This document shows, one piece after another, positions 1-12,359 of a stretch of 64,000 nt of DNA. The DNA lies in the NCBI GenBank assembly GCA_964016885.1, contig CAXHJY010000021.1, positions 62,001 to 126,000 on the forward strand, given 5' to 3'. Under the pieces are notes generated by a model. It worked only from the letters and a program-made list of their open reading frames with translations. It was not told the origin of the DNA and ran no database searches. Position 1 is the stretch's first letter; every line of letters starts with the position of its first letter. The position numbers were made by a program, and so were the translations under genes. The stretch is from Eledone cirrhosa (lineage: Eukaryota).

Positions 1-127
1 ATAAATAAATATATATATATAAATAAATATATATATATATAAATAAATATATATATATAAATAAATATATATATATAAATAAATAAATATATATATATAT
101 ATATAAATATATATATATAAATAAATA

Positions 128-207
<80 letters not shown>

Positions 208-209
208 AT

Positions 210-244
<35 letters not shown>

Positions 245-245
245 A

Positions 246-276
<31 letters not shown>

Positions 277-277
277 A

Positions 278-312
<35 letters not shown>

Positions 313-347
313 AATATATATATAAATGTATATATATATATATATAA

Positions 348-380
<33 letters not shown>

Positions 381-441
381 AATATATATATAAATATATA
401 TATATAAATAAATATATATATATAAATAAATATATATATAT

Positions 442-474
<33 letters not shown>

Positions 475-561
475 AATATATATATAAATATATATATATA
501 TATAAATATATATATAAATATATATATATAAATAAATATATATATAAATATATATATATAA

Positions 562-652
<91 letters not shown>

Positions 653-703
653 TATATATAAATATATATATAAATATATATATATATATAAATATATATA
701 TAA

Positions 704-768
<65 letters not shown>

Positions 769-799
769 TATATATAAATATATAAATAAATATATATAT

Positions 800-832
<33 letters not shown>

Positions 833-1352
833 AATATATATTTGGATTTAATGCTCTGAAATAGCGATATATATTATATATTATAAACATACAGAATATT
901 TTCGAATATTCTATGTTTGTCTTCATAAATATATATATATAAATATATAAATATAAATATATATATATATAAATATAAATATATATAAATATATATAAAT
1001 ATAAATATATATATAAATAAATATATATATATAAATAAATATATATATATAAATAAATATATATATATAAATAAATATATATATATAAATAAATATATAT
1101 ATATAAATAAATATATATATATATATATATATAAATATATATATATAAATAAATATATATATATATAAATATATATATATAAAAATATATATATATATAA
1201 ATATATATATATAAATAAATATATATATATAAATAAATATATATATATATAAATATATATATATATAAATATATATATATAAATAAATATATATATATAT
1301 ATATATATATAAATATATATATAAATATATATATAAATATATAAATATATAT

Positions 1353-1383
<31 letters not shown>

Positions 1384-1474
1384 AATATAAATATATAAAT
1401 ATAAATATATATAAATATATATAAATATAAATATATATAAATATATATATATAAATATATATTTAAATATAAAT

Positions 1475-1505
<31 letters not shown>

Positions 1506-1546
1506 AATAAATAAATATAAATATAAATATATAAATATAAATATAA

Positions 1547-1644
<98 letters not shown>

Positions 1645-1645
1645 G
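1..1645. repeat. Degenerate (AT)n microsatellite with TAAA interruptions (contains a 90-bp island at 841-930)
   Basis: Direct reading of the sequence. Confidence 0.97.
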
Positions 1646-1756
1646 CAAAGTTTTATTTAAATTGTTGGGTTAACAACGAGTAAATATTTATAACTGATAT
1701 AAAAGCACTCAACAAGTATTTGGAGTATATTTACGATATTAAATAAATGGAAACTA

Positions 1757-1863
1757 TATTTATAAAACCATATTTATTTCATTATATATATTTCAGGGAT
1801 ATCATATTAAAAATATGTTATGCCTTCTTCAGACAAAATACAATATAAACAGTTTTATAAATA
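1757..1863 (-). ncRNA. Type I hammerhead ribozyme (PLE-A)
   Basis: CUGAAGA, stem II, GAAA, palindromic AUAUAUAU stem III, UA site, extended stem I. Confidence 0.75.
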
Positions 1864-1961
1864 GATAGATTCGACATACCTTTCAACTTCGACTTCTATT
1901 TGAAAAGTTGAAATCAACTTTTCAAATAGAAGTCGAAGTTGAAAGGTATGTCGAATCTATC

Positions 1962-2072
1962 TATTTATAAAACTGTTTATATTGTATTTTGTATGTCTGA
2001 AGAAGGCATAACATATTTTTAATATGATATCCCTGAAATATATATAATGAAATAAATATGGTTTTATAAATA
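1962..2072 (+). ncRNA. Type I hammerhead ribozyme (PLE-A, inverted arm; 4-nt insertion in stem I)
   Basis: Mirror copy of 1757-1863. Confidence 0.65.
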
Positions 2073-2096
2073 TAGTTTCCATTTATTTAATATCGT

Positions 2097-2183
<87 letters not shown>

Positions 2184-2232
2184 TAAATATATATATATAA
2201 ATATATATATAAATATATAAATATATATATAA

Positions 2233-2271
<39 letters not shown>

Positions 2272-2303
2272 TATAAATATTTATATATATATTTATAGGC
2301 AGT

Positions 2304-3953
2304 ATGGATGTTGTGTCCCTGTATCCATCTATTGACGTGGATTTTGCTGTGGAGAAATGCGTAGAAATGATCAGTGAGAGCAAGGTTGAGTTCCGTGGGA
2401 TTGATATCAGTGAGCAGGGACTCCTACTTAAGCTTACCTATAGTAATAGTTACCTAGACACTTATGACCTTAGCAACCTGTGCCCTACAAGACCAGCAAG
2501 AGGCAGACCACCTACCATTACCTCAATGGCCAAGAAAATCCACACAGATAGATGGAACGGGTGGACCAGAGCCATACGGACACCCGAAAACCACGATGAA
2601 CTGAAGAAAATGATTGCACATGCGGTAGGGGTCAGCATAAAACTAACCCTTAAGGAACATATGTTCAAATTTAATGGAAAAACATATGCCCAAGAGGAAG
2701 GAGCAGCCATTGGTGTTAGCATTGCAGGCGACATAGCTAACTTATTCATGGTATGGTGGGACAGTAGACTTAAACTTAAAGAACAATTAGAAGACCCCTT
2801 AACCCTGATAATGTACTCCCGCTACATAGATGATATAAACATCGAAGTTAAGACACCCCCACTAGAGAACAGTCAGGAACTAGAGAAAAACACAATGGAA
2901 AGCATCCAGCAAATAGCAAACTCCATCCACCAGAGCATTAGAGTTACTATAGACTACCCAAGTAAACACCCCAACCATCGATTACCTGTACTAGACACAG
3001 AGCTCTGGTTAGATACCATTAACAACAAAAAACAAATCCTCCATTCCCATTATGCCAAACCCATGACTTCCAAACATCTGATCCACCGAAACTCGGCCAT
3101 TTCGGACCATACCAAAATCAACATACTGATTGCAGATTTGGTACGGGTGATGAGAAATGTGTCCCGCATGTGCAACCCCGAAGAACTAGAAAGACACATA
3201 CAACACTTCATCGACTGTATGCAGTTGTCTGGCTACAATCAGAGAGATAGAATCAGAGTGTATAGAGGAGCCAGAACCAAATGGGAAAAAATGGTAAATA
3301 ATGACATAAATGGGACCTGCCCCTTGTATAGGAGCAAATTTTGGAATAGAATAGAAAGAACTAGGAACAAGGCTAATAGAATAAACTCATGGTATGATAG
3401 CAATAAATACCAGAGTGTAATGTTCATCGATACAACCCCTAGAGGTGAACTAGCTTACAAACTTAGAAGGGCCCTAAATAAACATAAACTCAATATTAAG
3501 ATAGTAGAAAGACCAGGTACCTCTGTAAAAACACTTATTAGCAAGACATACCCTTTTCAAAGACCCTCATGTATAGATAAGAAATGTGTAACCTGTAAAA
3601 TAAGCCCCCATATTAACTGTAAAACTAGAAATGTAGTGTATAGCATAAGATGTACTGAAGGACAATGTAGAGACAAAAATATAGTGTACATAGGTGAGAC
3701 AGCTCGTAGTGTAGGGGAACGGATAAATGAACACTGACGAGACCTTCAAGATAATAAAGAATCATCTGTACTCTACCAACATGCTAAGATAGAACACAAG
3801 GGTAAATTAGAGAACATAGAAATAAAAATAGAATCTACACACAGAAAAGACGCAATGTTTAGACAAATTACAGAGGCAATAAACATAAAAGAATTACAAC
3901 CAAAATTAAATAGAAAATATGAGTGGAACAGCAACATCACAACTTACAATTAA
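2304..3953 (+). pseudogene. PLE reverse transcriptase/GIY-YIG endonuclease, 5'-truncated, with one in-frame TGA at 3735-3737
   Basis: [30 protein letters not shown]...YIGETAR...R..EH. The frame continues past the TGA as RDLQDNKESSVLYQH...RQITEAINIK...LNRKYEW to TAA at 3953. Confidence 0.88.
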
Positions 3954-4150
3954 GGACAAAATGAAAACACACACACACACATAGAACAAACAACCAACCA
4001 TGTAAATAAACAAATAGATAAATGAACATAAACACACACAGACACCCGGATGTGGCGCATGCACAGACTGAGCACACAACACACACACAGAAACAAAATG
4101 GCGTAGGACAGAACAAAGGAGAGGCACAAAAACGAAGAATAGAATCCCCA

Positions 4151-4193
4151 GTCACTGAAGAGGTCACAGAATGTGTGACGAAAGAACTTTGAC
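4151..4193 (+). ncRNA. Minimal type I hammerhead ribozyme
   Basis: GUCA-CUGAAGA-G-GUCACA(GAAUG)UGUGAC-GAAA-GAAC-UU-UGAC. Stem I is GUCA/UGAC and stem III is minimal. Same strand as the PLE ORF. Confidence 0.7.
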
Positions 4194-4429
4194 AATATAT
4201 AAACAACTATCTGGTTGTGGAACCAACCAACCAACCAGAAATTTATAAATTCCTAAATTTATAAATTTATTATAATAAATTGAAGTGAAAGCAATTGGTG
4301 CGTGTGTTTCTTATTGGCAACATGACCCTCCCAAAGTATAACAATATCGGTTTCAACACACGTTTTCAGATAAAGAATCTTGCTAAACAAATTCAGAAAC
4401 GAAATATATATATATATATATATATATAT

Positions 4430-5100
4430 AAGTGCAGGGCAATAAAGATAGACGGTAGCCACGGAGTAGGCAGACCCAGAAAAACATGGGACGAGCTGAT
4501 AAATTCCGACCTCACACGCTTACACCTCTCCAAGACAATGTCACTGGACCGAGACCTTTGGCGGTACTCAGTAATAGAGAAGACCCGCCTTACCTAAATA
4601 CAAAGTAAAAACCTACTACAGTCAGTAGGCATCTCTATCAAAACACACCCCCGTCCCACCACCTCCACCCCACCCACACCGCCCCTTTCAATGTAAAGTT
4701 ATGTTGGTCCCACAACATCCAGGCCGAAACAAATGAGATCGTGTAGGTGTCACGACAAAAAACACACAGTCCACGCTGTAAATGTGGCCGTGTAGGCAAC
4801 ACGGTAAAAACCTCCCAGCCCCACACTGTAAATGTGGTTGGTGTTAGGAAGGGCATCCAGCTGTAGAAAACCCGCCAGACAGTCCACGCTGTAATGTGGC
4901 CGTGTAGGCAACACGGTAAAAACCTCCCAGCCCCACACTGTAAATGTGGTTGGTGTTAGGAAGGGCATCCAACTGTAGAAAACCCGCCAGACAGTCCTAT
5001 GCGAGCAAGACAACCACTCTTGCCTCAAGTGGGAAAACCCCCGTCCAAACCCATGCAAGCGTGGAACACGGACGCTAAACCTGATGATGATGATGATGAT
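4430..5100 (+). mobile_element. RTE-A LINE 3' fragment with (GAT)n tail
   Basis: Encodes ...GRPRKTW...KTRLT*. Near-identical to 41092-41763, with a 112-bp 3' UTR duplication. Confidence 0.92.
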
Positions 5101-5171
5101 AAATATATATATATAAATATATATATATAAATATATATATATAAATATATATATATAAATATATATATATA

Positions 5172-5221
<50 letters not shown>

Positions 5222-5737
5222 TATATATATATAAATATATATATATAAATATATATATATAAATATATAAATATATATATATAAATATATAAATATATAT
5301 ATATAAATATATATATATAAATATATAAATATAAATATATAAATATAAATATATATATAATATATATAAATATAAATATAAATATATATATATAAATATA
5401 TATAAATATAAATATATAAATATATATATATATATAATATATATATAAATATAAATATATAAATATATATAAATATATAAATATAAATATATATACATAA
5501 ATATATATATATAAATATATATACATAAATATAAATATATAAATATATATAAATATAAATATATATATATAAATATAAATATATAAATATATATATATAT
5601 AAATATATATAAATAAATATATATGCTAAGGTTATATTTAAAATTGTTGGGTTACAACAAGTAAATATTTTATAACTGATATAAAGCACTCGACAAGTTT
5701 TTGGAGTATATATACGATATTAAACAAATGGAAACTA

Positions 5738-5846
5738 TATTTATAAAACCATATTTATTTCATTATACATATTTCAGGGATACCATATTAAAAATATGGC
5801 ATGCCTTCGTCAGATAAAATACAATATATAAACAGTTTTATAAATA
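5738..5846 (-). ncRNA. Type I hammerhead ribozyme (PLE-A 3' pLTR)
   Basis: CUGACGA-AGGCAUGCCAUAU/AUAUGGUAUCCCU-GAAA-UAUGUA-UA. Stem I UAUAUUGUAUUUUAU/AUGAAAUAAAUAUG is extended by UAUUUAUAAAAC/GUUUUAUAAAUA. Confidence 0.8.
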
Positions 5847-7235
5847 ATTTTGACGTACCATATTATAAGCGACCATTAAATTAGGAAGCTGTCTGGGTAG
5901 TGATTTGTTTATAAATATTTAGTTATAGTGTTAAGCACAGTTAGAAAAAAACGGAGAGAAAGAAAAAACTGGAGATACAGAAAAAACGGAGAGAGAGAGA
6001 GGGGCGAGGAAAGGGAGAGAGAGAAAAAATATAAATATATAGGAGGAAGTGAAAGAGAAACAAGAGAGAAATAGGAGAGGCAAACGAAAGTGATAGATAC
6101 ATAATAATTCATCATGCACAAAGACAAACTCAAGAGAGAGGAGAAAGTGCTATATAGAGAGAGGGGAGAAAGTGCTATATAGAGAGAGAAGGATACAGTT
6201 ACATCTTTACATCATGTCATATCAATTTTAATTATCAATTCATATGAAATGGATAATAAGAATGCAAATATCAATATTCATGGATGAGACATAGATATAT
6301 AATATGAGAAAATAACATTGTTCAATAATGACCATATGTTTAGTTTAAAACTCTGAGGTCAATATACCAAAATCTGAGATAAAACCTTCAAAAAATTACC
6401 CTATTTATAAAAATACGGAAATATATATGTATATATATATACACGTATATGTACTTTCTGAGAAAAGAAAAAAGAGAAAATTATGTCTAACTCTAGTCAA
6501 TAATATAGACATACACATGACTTCACCTGATCAACTTTATAATTTCTTGTGTCATACAAAAAATTTCTTGTGTTATAAAAATTTCATTGTATATATACAT
6601 AAATATACGATTAATATTCATTTTCTCACATATATGATTACCGTTTATGTATTTAATATTATGCATATCTGTAACACATACAAAACCATACCTATATATA
6701 TGTATATATAAAATCTGTGTGAGTTTTCCAGCATCTCTACGCACATATACAGACACATGAACAAATAAAATAAACTCTATAAACCTTCTATATGCATGTT
6801 AATACACATATGGCCTTTGTATAGAGATAATCAAATATCAATATATCAGCACAGAAGCATCAAAACATTAAAATACTTTCAACACATTATAGAGTATCTC
6901 AGGCCAAAAACAATATGCTTCATATATTTACTATAGAAATGTACCCTTCCCATATTTCAAACAATATATTGCAAAGTTAGTTATAAGCTATCAGAGTCAA
7001 ATAACAAATAAAAACCAAAAATTATTTAAAAGATTTAGAAGACCCAGTGATTCTACGGATGCCCTTATATTTAGTATAGAAATTTATCTTGCGTAAAATT
7101 TATTTAATACATTGGGAGCATATACACTTTAGAGTAGTTTATTACATCTTTGTTTATATTTAGGAAGAAGGTTTAAAAAGGTGAAGGAATCAAATGATTT
7201 ATCGTCAGGTTTCGTATATTAACTAAATTTCTTAA

Positions 7236-9443
7236 TTAATTATACATTTTAAATTTATATTTAAACGTTGAGTTCAATCTATGTCTGCAGCAACTGAATA
7301 AATTGCTCCTTAAATTAAGGGAATTTTTGGACTTTAATATAAAGAATACCTCCTCCACACAGAGATCACATGTCTCTGATGAGGAATTAAAGGGAATTCC
7401 CTTTGAGACAATATTCCAAAACATCGAATACTCAACATTATCTCGTTTAAGTTGCCAGAGTAGGCTTGATAGCGAAGTTGAGGATTTTTTGTTTGGATCT
7501 GTGAAAGAATTCTTATGATTATTGAAGCGAAGTTTAAATTCTGTCGAGGTGGAACCAACATAGTTGAAAGAATTTAAGTTAGTTTTAACATTACAATTGT
7601 ATACTATATTTTTAACTAAGCAATTGTTATTTAACGGACAGTTAGATTTATTTCTACAGTTACAGTTATTTAATTGAATATTGTTTGGGTTATTATTGGT
7701 ATTTTGGTTAGGTTTTAAATTCCTATTATTAATTCTGTTAATATTTTGTGCTAAATTTTTGGTGGACGAGTAAGTTAATTTTATAGTATGTCTATTAAAA
7801 ATTGAATGATATTTATGTGTTCTAGGGAAGCATTTGTCAAGAGCATTAAAGAATAGTTTAGCAATATGGGTTTTAATATTTAGTGGGGGGGGGGGGGCCC
7901 AAACCATATTATATTTCTAGTTCTATTTCTTTTTCGGCTTTTGGAATTATTGTAATGTTTTCTATTATAGTTGTTAATGTTGTTACCGTAATTAAAATTA
8001 TTATTTTGGTTAGTTTGCTTATTATTATCAATGTACTTAATTTTATCACTATATCCTGCTCTAGCTAACGCTTCATTGTAATACTGCGCTTTTTCATCAA
8101 AAATATTTTTATTAGATGAAATTCTTGAAATTCGTTCTTGAACAGAGTTCACTATAGTATTTTTAACAGATCTGGGGTGATTAGAGTTAAAATTGACATA
8201 ATTCAAGTTCTCGTTTAGTTTGTGAAATGGATAGTGAAGACATGTGTTGAGATTTAGTGTTACATCCAGGAAATTGACTATTCTATGGTTATTCTCTATT
8301 TCTATTTTTAGATTACGGTAATTAAAAAATTTGTTTTCTTTTTCTATTTAGTTCACAGTTATTATTTTCAATAAGTAAAAGAATGTCATCACGATATAAT
8401 CCTCCGGTTACACCTGGTATTTTTCTATGCAGCGAATTAATTATAAATAGGCCCACAAGATCCGTTACCTGAGCTGAGTCAGATGATCCCATAGTTATGT
8501 CAAAATTATTATCTCTATCTGCCCTAGTCCATAGTTGGTTATTAAATTCTATCAATGTTTTCCTTGCCGATAATATAATGTGCATTTCATTGCTAGTTAG
8601 GTCTGTATGTTTAAATGCGTAATTTAGTGCCTTATTCAGTAGATTAGGAGTGATAGATGAATAGTAGTTAGCAATATCAAGTTGAATAAACTTATTATTA
8701 TAGTTATATTTAATTTCTTTAAACCACTCAATAACCTCACCAGTCCCCTTCCATAACTTTAAGTAAGGTAAATTATGTAAGTTTTTAATTTGCTGTATTA
8801 CCCTGTCTAGAATGTTTTTGCTAAGTTTTCCCAGGTCAGATTTTGATGGTGCAATCAATCTGACTGGCAAATCATTTTCAAAATTTCTTTTGTGATCTTT
8901 CATATTGATCTTGGGTTTCCTAGGCATGAAGGGTTGTGTTTTATTCTCAATGTCTAATTCATGCATTATACAAGATGCCTCTGTATTCATTTTTTCCAGT
9001 TCGTCCTTACTTGCTACCTTGTACTTTTTCCTTAGTTCTTTCAATATAAGGCCGTTATACATGTCCTTTTGTACTCCATAAAGGTTATTGGTTTTGTTCG
9101 ATTTCACTAAGATCTCTGTTTTTTCCAAGCCTTCAATATTATCCTTAATGCATCTTAGATAGTCCTGGCCTTTGAAGTTTTTCTTGAATTTGATTCCTTG
9201 GATGATAGAAATTATATCGTTTTCAAAATCCATTAATAGTTTGTTGGGGGGTGGATTTTTTTTGGATTTGAAAATTTTATCCAAATCTGAAACATTTTCA
9301 TTTAGATTAGATTTATCAAAGTGGAAGGCACGCCACCTGATTCTTCTTATAAAAGAGTCTGATTTTTCTATTAATTGTTTAATAAAATCTTTGTTCCTAG
9401 GTAGAGGTATGTCTTTTAGAGAAGATATCTTAAAGAATTCCAT
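7236..9443 (-). pseudogene. PLE RT + GIY-YIG ORF with two frameshifts (near 8325 and in the G-run near 7890)
   Basis: SLKDIP, RRIRWRA, SNKT, LDIANYYSSI, MGSSDSAQ, GLYRDD, SNHP, CNCRNKSNCPLNNNC, IVY...YVGST, CDLC, CCRH. These motifs resemble Naiad-clade PLEs. Confidence 0.9.
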
Positions 9444-9604
9444 TTTTTTCAGTTATAATATAAAGCGCTCAACAATATTGGAGCAAAAATATATGCAAAG
9501 GTTTTATTTAAAATTGTTGGGTTACAAGTAAATATTTTATAACTGATATAAAGCACTCGACAAGTTTTTGGAGTATATATACGATATTAAACAAATGGAA
9601 ACTA

Positions 9605-9711
9605 TATTTATAAAACCATATTTATTTCATTATACATATTTCAGGGATACCATATTAAAAATATGGCATGCCTTCGTCAGATAAAATACAATATATAAAC
9701 AGTTTTATAAA
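9605..9711 (-). ncRNA. Type I hammerhead ribozyme (PLE-A 5' pLTR)
   Basis: Essentially identical to 5738-5846. Confidence 0.8.
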
Positions 9712-10021
9712 CAATTTTGACGTACCATATTATAAGCGACCATTAAATTAGGAAGCTGTCTGGGTAGTGATTTGTTTATAAATATTTAGTTATAGTGTTA
9801 AGCCCAGTTAGAAAAAACGGAGAGAAAGAAGAAACGGATGCAAAGAAAAAACAGAGAAATAGAGGGGAGAGAATGAAAGGAGGAGGTGAGAAGGAACAAG
9901 GAAGAAATAAGAGAGGCAAACGAAAGCAACAGATAAATAATAATTCACCATCCATATAGAAAAACTCAAGAGAGAGGGAGTACTATATAGAGAGAGAAGG
10001 ATAATAATTATTTAGTTATAT

Positions 10022-10073
10022 TTGACCGTTGTATTTGGAGGCCATCAGGATGGCCTCCAAATACAACGGTCAA
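10022..10073. repeat. Perfect 25-bp hairpin at the junction between direct and inverted pLTR
   Basis: TTGACCGTTGTATTTGGAGGCCATC-AG-GATGGCCTCCAAATACAACGGTCAA. Confidence 0.95.
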
Positions 10074-10098
10074 TTTTTAAAAGGGGTACGTCAATGTC

Positions 10099-10205
10099 TA
10101 TTTATAAAACTGTTATATATTGTATTTTGTCTGATGAAGGCATACCATAATGTAACTTGGTATCCTTGAAATATATATAATGAAATAAATATAGTTTTAT
10201 AAATA
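10099..10205 (+). ncRNA. Type I hammerhead ribozyme (inverted PLE-A pLTR, divergent variant)
   Basis: CUGAUGA-AGGCAUACCA...UGGUAUCCUU-GAAA-UAUAUA-UA. Pairing is preserved despite substitutions. Confidence 0.8.
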
Positions 10206-10319
10206 TAGTTTCCATTTATTAATATCGTATATCTACTCCAAATATTTGTCGAGTGCTTTATATCAGTTATAAATATATTTGCTTGTTGTATCCCAACAAT
10301 TTAAATAAAACTTTTGCAT

Positions 10320-12355
<2,036 letters not shown>

Positions 12356-12359
12356 CTAT

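Larger units (their letters stand above)
1646..2097. mobile_element. Solo PLE family-A pLTR forming a fold-back palindrome (arms ~1732-1911 / 1914-2097)
   Basis: Homologous to the pLTRs at 5625-5930 and 9495-9790. The arms are reverse complements apart from a 4-nt insertion, with a 2-nt loop. Confidence 0.85.
2298..4404 (+). mobile_element. 5'-truncated Penelope-like element (RT + GIY-YIG), a family distinct from PLE-A
   Basis: ORF motifs, downstream hammerhead, (AT)n on both sides. Confidence 0.88.
5625..10319 (-). mobile_element. Near full-length Penelope-like element (family A, Naiad-like): 3' pLTR, ~1.3-kb 3' UTR, ORF, 5' pLTR, inverted pLTR
   Basis: Direct repeats 5625-6195 / 9495-10003, an inverted repeat at ~10085-10319, RT-GIY-YIG ORF, (AT)n flanks. 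Confidence 0.9.

Noticed and set aside
3735-3737. In-frame TGA in a PLE ORF as possible selenocysteine (some Naiad PLEs are reported to encode selenoproteins)
   Set aside because: The position is not an evident Cys site, no SECIS-like stem is visible in the A/C-rich 3' UTR, and the copy is truncated. A nonsense mutation is simpler.
4766-4996. CRISPR-like or prokaryotic retron/DGR interpretation of the repeats and RTs
   Set aside because: No repeat-spacer array or cas genes. The RTs are eukaryotic LINE and PLE types.
5101-5624. AT-array polarity as RT-added telomere-like tails oriented by the adjacent element
   Set aside because: Polarity relative to element 3' ends is inconsistent across the window (e.g. 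26690 vs 43152 vs 51514)
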